Source of the DNA: an uncultured bacterium
GTDB lineage: Bacteria > Krumholzibacteriota > Krumholzibacteriia > LZORAL124-64-63
Reading direction: 5' to 3'
Length of the DNA: 49,149 nt
Assembly: GCA_965369705.1 (NCBI GenBank)
Contig: CBDURF010000003.1
Location: 1 to 49,149 of the forward strand
Shown: one piece after another, positions 29,330 through 37,115 of the stretch
Layout of the letters: each line of letters opens with the position of its first letter
Numbering within the stretch: the first letter of the stretch is position 1
Program-made: the position numbers and the translations under genes
Notes under the pieces: model-generated
Seen by the model: the letters and a program-made list of their open reading frames with translations, nothing else
Database searches by the model: none
What the model was told of the DNA's origin: nothing

Positions 29330-29572
29330 GGGATCAGGAAAGCCCGTTTCCCCGGCAGGATCCCGGCGGGGGCAATATTTGCCGGGGAACTCCCGGACGG
29401 GAATGATGACCTGGCAAGGGAAATCGCGGGCAAACGGGGTGCCGGGGCGGGAATGGAGGCAGGTTGGTGAAGATTATTCCGGCCCGGAAAATTTTGCCGC
29501 GTTCAACGGAAAGTCCCCCGTTTTCGGTGGGGAAACGGAGGGCTGTCCGGAAGCGAGGCACCCGGTGGGTGA

Positions 29573-31078
29573 TTAATTGACGGATCCCTGGAGGTCGCCC
29601 GCACTTTGGTTCAGGGAATGGCTGTCGTTCCCGTTGTCGCCTGTCCGCTGTGACAGGGGAATGGTGAAGGTGAAGGTCGATCCCTTGCCGGGCACGCTGG
29701 TGACGGTCACCTCGCCGCCGTGGGATTCCACCAGTTTCTTCACGATCACGACACCGAGCCCGACGCCCCTGATCTTTCGCTCGGAGGATCCGCGCGTATA
29801 GGGTTCGAACAGGACCGCCAATTCCTCGGGTTTCATGCCGATTCCCCCATCGGAAATGGAAACCTGGGCCCAGCCGTCGATGGGGATGACGGTCAACCGG
29901 ATCCACCCGGATTCCACGTTGTACTTGATGGCGTTGGACACCAGGTTGCGCAGGATCTGCGTGAGTCGCAGGGGATCAGCGTGCACCCGGACCTTCTCCG
30001 CGGGAAGGGCCACGTCGAGACTGACGTCCGAACCGGCGGCCATGGGCTCCAGGTCGGCCACCACGTCTGCGATCAATTCGCCGAGGTCCATCTCCCGGCA
30101 TTTGAGATTGACGAAGCCCGCGTCGATCTTGCTGATGTCCAGGAAGTCGTTCAGCAGGTCGGTCATCTCGGTGATCTTCCGGTTCACGCTGTTGAGGAAC
30201 TCCATCTGGGTGTCGTTGAGCTCCCCGGTCTTGCCGGTGGACATCAGCGAGACGTAACCCTGGATCACGGACATGGGCGAGCGCAGATCGTGAGCGATCA
30301 TCGAGTGGAAGTCGGCCTTGATCTTTTCGGCGGCCACTTCCTTGGTGATGTCTCGAAAGGTGTAGGCTCTGGCTGTTTCGCCCTCATCCAATTGGATGGG
30401 CGTCGTCCGGGCGGTCAGGTGGACCTCTTCTTCATCCACGGTGATGGTCAGACGCAGATCCTCCTGGGTGCTTTCCCTGAGCTGAGCGATGGTCTCGTCG
30501 GGAACTTCCAGGGTGCGCAGGATTTCGGTCATGGTCTTGAACCGCGCCACCTCCCGGGGCATGCGCAACAGGTTCAGGAAGACCTGGCTGGCAAGTAGCA
30601 TTTCATCGTCATGGCTGCAAATGGCCACCGGCTCATGCAGGAAACGGAAGATCTGGTTGAGCTTGTCGCTTTCCAGGCGCAGCTTGTCCTGCAGGTCCTT
30701 GATGCGCAGGAAGGCCGCGATCTTGGAGTGGAGTTCATCGGCCCCAATGCCCTTGGTGATGAAGTCGTCCGCCCCCATTTCGAGGCCGCGGATCTTCTCG
30801 GAGGTCTTGGTTTCCGAGCTGATCATCAGGATGGGAATGCCGCGGGTGTCGTGGTGTTTCCGCAGGATCCGGCTGACGTCGAAGCCGTGCATCCCGGGCA
30901 TTTCCTTGTCCAGCAGGATGAGGTCCGGCAGGAGTTCCATGGCCATGCGGGCCCCGATGGCGCCGTCGGCGGCGGTGACGACACCGTACCCCTTCTTCTC
31001 CAGCAACCGCCTGAGATACAGACAGGTCGGTGGGGAATCATCCACAACCAGGATCGTGCGGTCCTTGGGGTCGATCAT
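29573..31078 (-). CDS. Hybrid REC-PAS-histidine kinase
   Basis: LLDKEMPG receiver, AHDLRSP, NLVSNAIKY, DGGIG, GVGLG. Confidence 0.92.
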   Translation of the reverse strand: MIDPKDRTILVVDDSPPTCLYLRRLLEKKGYGVVTAADGAIGARMAMELLPDLILLDKEMPGMHGFDVSRILRKHHDTRGIPILMISSETKTSEKIRGLEMGADDFITKGIGADELHSKIAAFLRIKDLQDKLRLESDKLNQIFRFLHEPVAICSHDDEMLLASQVFLNLLRMPREVARFKTMTEILRTLEVPDETIAQLRESTQEDLRLTITVDEEEVHLTARTTPIQLDEGETARAYTFRDITKEVAAEKIKADFHSMIAHDLRSPMSVIQGYVSLMSTGKTGELNDTQMEFLNSVNRKITEMTDLLNDFLDISKIDAGFVNLKCREMDLGELIADVVADLEPMAAGSDVSLDVALPAEKVRVHADPLRLTQILRNLVSNAIKYNVESGWIRLTVIPIDGWAQVSISDGGIGMKPEELAVLFEPYTRGSSERKIRGVGLGVVIVKKLVESHGGEVTVTSVPGKGSTFTFTIPLSQRTGDNGNDSHSLNQSAGDLQGSVN

Positions 31079-31172
31079 TCCGGAACCCTTCTTCGTTGTT
31101 GCAGGTAATCAATTCGCCTGGGCAAAAGAATCCTTCCGGATAGGTATTGGGCCTATCCGGTCCTCATCTTAG

Positions 31173-31199
31173 GTATCGGTCGGAAATTGAATTTCCTGA
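31173..31199 (-). promoter_or_regulatory. Possible sigma28 promoter for the hybrid kinase
   Basis: Minus strand TCAG-N15-ACCGATAC. Confidence 0.4.
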
Positions 31200-31237
31200 A
31201 AGGAAAAGGTTGCGCCGGGCTACCGGGCGCGGGGAAT

Positions 31238-31636
31238 TCAGGAGGGGTCTTGTATCAAAAGGGCTATATGCTTTTCCAGGTTGGCGGCGCCCTGAGCTTC
31301 GATGTGGGTGAAAAAGACCGCGACTTCGTATTCGTCGCAGCCCTCGATCTCGGTTTCGGGTCGGATCCGCACGACCAGGCCCTCACAGGGAACCGGCGCC
31401 AGTTCCACCTCACCGGACCCACCCCCGGCTGGGACGGTCACCTCCAGTACCATCGCCAACTTGGTCATCGATTGGATGAAATGGCCGGATTTGAAATAGA
31501 CGCCGGAAGAGCTGATGTTGATGGTCTCAAGGGTTGCGGTTTCTTCCGAACCGTCGACCCGGGGAACTTTTATTTCCAGTTTGAGGTTCGCGCTGACCCT
31601 GCTGGATCTGCGTCGATCAATCTGCTTTTCCGTCAT
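31238..31636 (-). CDS. Single-domain PilZ protein (c-di-GMP receptor)
   Basis: RRRSSR (RxxxR) and NISSSG (D/NxSxxG). Confidence 0.88.
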   Translation of the reverse strand: MTEKQIDRRRSSRVSANLKLEIKVPRVDGSEETATLETINISSSGVYFKSGHFIQSMTKLAMVLEVTVPAGGGSGEVELAPVPCEGLVVRIRPETEIEGCDEYEVAVFFTHIEAQGAANLEKHIALLIQDPS

Positions 31637-31800
31637 CCCTGACTGCTCCTTATGTAAAGGGGCCTTTCCCTCAACCGGAAATCATATTCATTTTGACATG
31701 CGCCGTGGCCAACTCCGCAAGACATGACCGGATCATGACCGCGCCAAGAGCCTACCAGCCGGCATCGCTTCCGCCAAGAAACAATGCCGGCCGCTCTGGC

Positions 31801-31893
31801 TCACTGCTTCTTCTTGTGACGGTTCTTACGCAACCGCTTCTTGCGCTTGTGAGTCGCAATCTTTTTGCGTTTGCGCTTACGCCCGTTCGGCAT
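31801..31893 (-). CDS. Small basic protein, bS22 / AURKAIP1-COX24 (DUF1713) family
   Basis: Manual translation MPNGRKRKRKKIATHKRKKRLRKNRHKKKQ; below the ORF-track cutoff; purine-rich RBS. Confidence 0.88.
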   Translation of the reverse strand: MPNGRKRKRKKIATHKRKKRLRKNRHKKKQ

Positions 31894-32034
31894 CTCTTCC
31901 CACCTTTCCGAAAATTATCCACTGCGACGGCCGGTTGTCGTCTTCCAGAAGTTTCTTCAGGTCAACGAAGGCCGACATCCACACAAATACGCACGAGGGA
32001 GCCAGAGGTCCCCGTGACGCTCTATGGATTGCCT

Positions 32035-32063
32035 AAGATAGGTAATCAGGGGATTCTCGACAA
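32035..32063 (-). promoter_or_regulatory. Possible sigma70 promoter for the bS22-like gene
   Basis: Minus strand TTGTCG-N17-TATCTT. Confidence 0.4.
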
Positions 32064-32081
32064 CCTGGAACTTCCCCCAGG

Positions 32082-32363
32082 TCAATCTTTGTTGTTCAGC
32101 CGGCCCTTGAGTTCGTTGGAGGACTTAAAAAAGGGAACTCGCTTGGCAGGCACGTCAACCGATGCGCCCGTCCGGGGATTCCGGGCCAGGCGGGCTCGGC
32201 GCGTCTTCACCTTGAAGCTGCCGAATCCACGAAGCTCCACCTTGTCGCCGCTGACCAGGGCCTGCCCGATGTTTTCCATGATCAAGTTGACAATGAGGCC
32301 GGTGTCCTTCTTGCTGACACCTGTTTCCCGGGAGATGATTTCGACGAGTTCGGCTTTGGTCAT
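32082..32363 (-). CDS. hup: HU/IHF family DNA-binding protein
   Basis: MTKAELV, VELRGFGSF, RNPRTG, P.FK.S..LK. Confidence 0.95.
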   Translation of the reverse strand: MTKAELVEIISRETGVSKKDTGLIVNLIMENIGQALVSGDKVELRGFGSFKVKTRRARLARNPRTGASVDVPAKRVPFFKSSNELKGRLNNKD

Positions 32364-32481
32364 TCCTTGGCTCCCTGATTCGCTCCACCCTTGGCCCGCC
32401 CGGTGGCTGCAGTGTTCTTACTTGTTTGTTCCTTGCGGGTTAACATTTGAATAAATACCATATTTCCCTTGGTTTTCCAAG

Positions 32482-32586
32482 AAAAAAATGTTCCCCGCCT
32501 TCTGCCGCGTGACTCCCGGCAGGACACTACAACACGGAGACCGTAGGTCATGCGGCAATCAAGCCCGGACAGCGCAGAGAACATTT
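32482..32586 (-). ncRNA. Candidate ~105-nt structured small RNA or attenuated leader
   Basis: 5' AAAUGUUCUCUGC pairs with 3' GCGGGGAACAUUU; inner UGCCGCAUGAC/GUCACGCGGCA stem; ends in U7; starts at the predicted sigma54 +1. Confidence 0.5.
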
Positions 32587-32597
32587 ACCCAGAACTC

Positions 32598-32612
32598 GCA
32601 ACCGGCATGCCA
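32598..32612 (-). promoter_or_regulatory. Sigma54 -24/-12 promoter
   Basis: Minus strand TGGCATGCCGGTTGC; IHF-like TTTCAACAAGTT within an AT-rich tract upstream (about 32660-32685). Confidence 0.75.
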
Positions 32613-32826
32613 TGCCCTGGGGAAGGGAATAATCGTCGGGCAAAACATTTTAAGAAGTTCGGAACTTGTTGAAATTAATAAACCTAAGTTCAGAGAGCAG
32701 CCCGATTGGGCAAGAAGAAATCAGGAGGATACCAGGTCACGGCAGACCCCGCAGGGATGCAATCGGAAACAAACGTCACTTACGGGAAGGGCAAAATGCA
32801 TCCACGGCGCCGGCCCCAACGGGGCT

Positions 32827-34308
32827 TCAGCGGCCCAGGGAAGCGAACAGATTCCCGTGAGCGTCGGTGAAGCGGCAACCGCGCCGGGCCATGACGATGT
32901 CGGCGGTGGCCTGCGCCCGGTCGACGGCGTATCGTGGGCAACCATCCTGACCCCCCCACTGGAAGTTGTCGACGAACTTGGGCGGCATTCCGTTCCCGAA
33001 GATGTTGCTGGCGAAGCCTACGCAGGTTCCCGTATTGAACAGGGCGCCGATGGCTGTCTTGGCGTGGTCGCCCATCATCAATCCGACAAATCGCCTTCCC
33101 GTCGCCACGGTCCCGGCCCCCAGGTCGACCCTGATCTCTCCGTAATTGTTCTTCAAATCACTGCAGGTGGTCATGGCTCCCAGATTGATCCAGGAGCCCA
33201 GCACCGCGTGCCCGATGAACCCTTCGTGCTGTTTGTTGGCGAAATCCCCGAACGTGCTTTCCCCGATTTCGCCCGCCAGCCGGTTGACGATTCCGAAGGA
33301 GGATTCCCCGAGAATGCGCGCACCAGGTTTCACCAGCGAACCCGGCCCTATGTATAGGGGACCTTCCAGATAACAATGGGGCATGACCCGCACCCCACGG
33401 TCCAGAATGACCGGACCATGAGCCGTATCGACGGCCGTGCCCGGGGCCAGGTCCACGCCTTCGCCGCAGAAAACGCGGTCGGGGGCATCCACCGCCAGCC
33501 GGGAGACAAGGCCAGCCGGAATACGCGACGGAAGTGCGTCGACGGTGGTCTCGCGTGACCAGTCCGGAGCGGAATTGTCGGGGTCGGGAAAAACGCCGAA
33601 GGGCTCTCGACGAAAGGACAGCCCGCCCCTTACGAAAGCCAGATCACCGGCCAGGGCGTTCCTGGTACAGTCGACAATATCCCAGATCCACCCCGGGCCG
33701 AGGTCCTGGAGTTTTTCCAGCTCGCGGAGTTCGGCAACCAGATCGTGGGCCGCGCCGGACGCTGCCGGATCCACAAGGACCTCCCCTCCCCCCTCCAGGC
33801 GCAAAGCGGTTCCGCCGGCCAGGAGGTCGGGCCCATTCCAGGCCCGAGGGGTCTGCGCGGGGTCCGTCCACACACCCAGCCGGGCGTTTTCCTGTTCCCA
33901 GACTTCCCAGTCCTCGACTACCTGTCCAGCCAGGTCGCCGCCCACCAGGGCCGCCATCAGGCCCTGTTCATTGCGCCAGACGAATTCCGGACTGTCCTGG
34001 GCCAACTCGAGCAACCTGACAATCAGTGAAAAATCAGGGGCCAGAATTCCGTTGAGGAACAGGAATCTGAACCCTTCGTTTTCCGGGGCAGCGACGGAGG
34101 CCGCACCCCATCCCCAGCCGGAAGCGTTGTGAAGATCCTTCAGGATGGCTCGGCCCAGAAGGATCCCACCTCCATGGTCGGCACACAGGCCGACCCTTTC
34201 CCGGATATTAAACATCCCGCAGCGAATTTCGAAAACGGGCATGCTCCACGTCAAGGGGCGCATCCGCAACAGGTTGTGATCTTCAAAGATGACCGGTACG
34301 ATGTTCAC
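32827..34308 (-). CDS. GlmU-like putative sugar nucleotidyltransferase/acetyltransferase (Bacteroidota-type)
   Basis: FED..RPLT..PVFEIRCG; left-handed beta-helix; NKQHEGFIGH..LG.W.NLGA.T..SDLKNNY. Confidence 0.85.
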   Translation of the reverse strand: MNIVPVIFEDHNLLRMRPLTWSMPVFEIRCGMFNIRERVGLCADHGGGILLGRAILKDLHNASGWGWGAASVAAPENEGFRFLFLNGILAPDFSLIVRLLELAQDSPEFVWRNEQGLMAALVGGDLAGQVVEDWEVWEQENARLGVWTDPAQTPRAWNGPDLLAGGTALRLEGGGEVLVDPAASGAAHDLVAELRELEKLQDLGPGWIWDIVDCTRNALAGDLAFVRGGLSFRREPFGVFPDPDNSAPDWSRETTVDALPSRIPAGLVSRLAVDAPDRVFCGEGVDLAPGTAVDTAHGPVILDRGVRVMPHCYLEGPLYIGPGSLVKPGARILGESSFGIVNRLAGEIGESTFGDFANKQHEGFIGHAVLGSWINLGAMTTCSDLKNNYGEIRVDLGAGTVATGRRFVGLMMGDHAKTAIGALFNTGTCVGFASNIFGNGMPPKFVDNFQWGGQDGCPRYAVDRAQATADIVMARRGCRFTDAHGNLFASLGR

Positions 34309-34321
34309 GGCATTCTCCTGC

Positions 34322-36058
34322 TCAATCCAGGTAACCAGTGGGCACGGTCTGCCAGGCGCCGGATTCCAGACTCTGCCGTACCAGGCGCAGATCCTCGCGC
34401 ACGGAACGATAGACCAGCCAGCGGCCGGCCAGGGTCAGGGCCTCGGCGTCTCCCTTCAGCAGGGTAGCGACCAAATCCTGCTTTTCGGGAAGATGCCACA
34501 AACCGGTTTTGGTGTCTTCGGGAATCTCGGCCAGACGACGCGCGGCGGCTACCGCTTCCCAGAACCCTCCCACTTCGTCGGTCAGGCCGTTGGCCACCGC
34601 CTGCCTCCCTGTCCAGACCCGACCCTGGCCGAGGGATTCAACTTTTTCAACCGTCATGTTCCTGTGTTCGGCTATACCCTCGACCCAGACGTGGAAGCTG
34701 GCGTTGTGGCGTTCCTCGAAGCGTTCGAATTCCTCGTCGGTGAAGCCACGGTCCGAACCCATGAGGCGTGCATTGGGACCGCGGGTCACATGACTGAATT
34801 CGATGCCCAGCTTGTCGTACATTTCACTCATGTCGAACTTGGCGGAGATCGAACCGATGGACCCGGTGACGGTCATGTTGTCGGCGACGATCCAGTTGGC
34901 GCGATAGGCCATGGAGTAGCCGCCCGAGGCGGCAACGTCCACCATGGAAACCACGACGGGCTTTTCCCGGCCGACCTTTTCGACCATATGCCCCATGAGA
35001 TCCGAGGCCAGCGACTCGCCACCGCCACTGTCGATGCGCAACACGATGGCCGCCACGTCTTCGTCCTCGAGGGCGCGCTTCAGTTCCGCGTTGATGGTCT
35101 CGTGACCCATCATCATGCCGAGCAGGGGGTTTATTCCGTTGGTCCGGCCGCCGATATTGCCCTGGGCATGGATCACGGCGATCTTCTTCTTTCCGCCCAG
35201 ATCAAGGTCCTCCGGATCTTCCTTCGCGTACCGGGCGCCGGTTACGACGCGCGGCGCATCGTCCTTTTCCTGCTGGAAACGGGCGGTCAGTTCATCCCAG
35301 TACATCACCCCGTCGACGATTCCTATGGAAAGAGCTTCGGATGAAAGGAACTCAGCCCGGGTCATGATGGCGTCCAGGTCATCGGCATCCAGGCCCCTGC
35401 CCTCGGTCAGGGCCTCGATGTAGAGATCCATGAATTCGTCGAGCATCCATTCCTTGTTGGCGACGGCCTCGGGTGTCAGATCGTCCCGGGTAATGATCTG
35501 TGCCGCGGATTTGTAATCCTTGATGGCGCTGACATGGGGCTCGATGCCCAACTTCTTCAAACCCTGCTTGACATGGGGATGACTGGCGTCGATCCCGACG
35601 ATGGTTATATAGGCCGACGGCGGACAGAAAAACGAATCACAGGCCGCGGCCGTGAACAAAACGTTCAGATCGATATAGTCGGCGAAGGCCAGGACGGGCT
35701 TGCCGGCCGTCTGGACCCGGGCGACGCCCCGGCGAATCTCCTCCAGCTTGCCGCGGCCCGCGTCGTTGGCGGCGGACAGCTGGAGCACCACCCCATCGAT
35801 TCGCTTGTCGTGGACCGCCATCTCCAGATTGGTCAAGATCGATTGCAGGGTCTGGGTGTCACCACCGATCAAGGAGCCCGCCAGTCCCGAGGGCGGATCG
35901 TATTCGGGCAGAGCCCCGTAAAGATCGAGGTGAAGCCAACTGTGATCCTTGATGTCGGTTTTCTCGTCGAATTTCCTGGCGACCAGTCCGATAACGATTC
36001 CACTAACGAGGATCAAGGCCACCACGGCCGCGGCTAGGGAAACCCAAAAGACTTTCAT
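34322..36058 (-). CDS. sppA: Signal peptide peptidase SppA (67K type)
   Basis: Two S49 domains, YKSA, RIDSGGG, AASGGY, TGSIG, GRVWTG; N-terminal TM. Confidence 0.93.
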   Translation of the reverse strand: MKVFWVSLAAAVVALILVSGIVIGLVARKFDEKTDIKDHSWLHLDLYGALPEYDPPSGLAGSLIGGDTQTLQSILTNLEMAVHDKRIDGVVLQLSAANDAGRGKLEEIRRGVARVQTAGKPVLAFADYIDLNVLFTAAACDSFFCPPSAYITIVGIDASHPHVKQGLKKLGIEPHVSAIKDYKSAAQIITRDDLTPEAVANKEWMLDEFMDLYIEALTEGRGLDADDLDAIMTRAEFLSSEALSIGIVDGVMYWDELTARFQQEKDDAPRVVTGARYAKEDPEDLDLGGKKKIAVIHAQGNIGGRTNGINPLLGMMMGHETINAELKRALEDEDVAAIVLRIDSGGGESLASDLMGHMVEKVGREKPVVVSMVDVAASGGYSMAYRANWIVADNMTVTGSIGSISAKFDMSEMYDKLGIEFSHVTRGPNARLMGSDRGFTDEEFERFEERHNASFHVWVEGIAEHRNMTVEKVESLGQGRVWTGRQAVANGLTDEVGGFWEAVAAARRLAEIPEDTKTGLWHLPEKQDLVATLLKGDAEALTLAGRWLVYRSVREDLRLVRQSLESGAWQTVPTGYLD

Positions 36059-36578
36059 GATGACCTCCGAGCATGGCAGGAGCAAATGGCCTAATCCGAA
36101 GCGAAAACAGGGGGCTTTGGATATGCACCTTGAACCAATCAGATCCGTGACTCAAGGAATGTTTATCATAATTCATGACCCACTTAAACTATTCTTTTGC
36201 AACGGGTTTAAGGCCTACAGCAACGATCGGCTTTCCCGGAGAGGAAAAATCCCTCGAAACCGGGAAGGCAATCTCATCAATCTCAATTGATCTGGATATT
36301 CAAAATGTACAAATCCCATTGGTATTCTGGGACCACGGTCAAATTATCTGTTATTCCACAAACATTTACCGGTCCAAGAAAATGACATGATTCTTGTTAT
36401 CATAAACATTTGTCTTGTTTTTTCCGGACCCCTTTTATCCCTATTTATCATTCCTTGCCCCCCACTTCAAGATCATCAAAGTTTCGATTTAAATTTACAG
36501 CAAAGTAATAGGTTTTCTCGAAACGGAGCCGCCAAACGCGGCCCCACAACCGCCGGGAAACCGGCCTGGAGGTTCCAA

Positions 36579-37016
36579 ATGAAATTCCACACGACCATCA
36601 AGGTGCTGCTGGCTCTGATGATCCTGGCGGGCCTGGCGGCCACGGCCTTGGCCCAGGACGAACCAATCGCCAAGGTCAAGAAGATCGACACCGAGCTCAA
36701 AAAGGCGGACATCGAGGTCAAGAAGGCTGACATCGATGTCAAGAAGATGGACGGCAAGGAACTCTACAAGACCCTTTGCAAAACCTGCCACATGGAAGAC
36801 TCCGATGCGGGTGAGTACACCCCCATGTCCCTGATCATGGACCAATGGGACGAGTTCTTCGACGAAACCTTCGTCGAGACCCACAAGGATGTTGTCTGCC
36901 CCAAGGACAAGGACAAGAAGGTCACCGACATGATCGACAAGGACATGATCAAGAAACTGCGCAAGTTCTGCGTGGACCACGCGGCCGACAGCGAACAGCC
37001 CATGACCTGCGGTTAG
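36579..37016 (+). CDS. Periplasmic monoheme cytochrome c with C-terminal HAADSEQPMTCG
   Basis: Signal peptide (ALA|Q), single CKTCH; GGAGG RBS before the ATG at 36579. Confidence 0.85.
   Translation: MKFHTTIKVLLALMILAGLAATALAQDEPIAKVKKIDTELKKADIEVKKADIDVKKMDGKELYKTLCKTCHMEDSDAGEYTPMSLIMDQWDEFFDETFVETHKDVVCPKDKDKKVTDMIDKDMIKKLRKFCVDHAADSEQPMTCG
36675..36752 (+). repeat. 21-bp tandem repeat (about 3.7 copies) encoding (V/L)KK(A/I)D(I/T)(E/D)
   Basis: VKKIDTE LKKADIE VKKADID VKKMD. Confidence 0.7.
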
Positions 37017-37115
37017 ATTTCACCGGCCGCCACAGCGGCGCTAATCCGGGTTCGGAAATGATTCCAGCCCGACCACCCCAAGGCGAAAGCCTATTTCAAC
37101 CCCGGAGGGGCGGAA

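Noticed and set aside
32360-32584. 74-aa ORF upstream of HU
   Set aside because: No RBS or family features, and it begins at the predicted +1 of a structured, U-terminated element; an RNA interpretation fits better, though a leaderless peptide is not excluded
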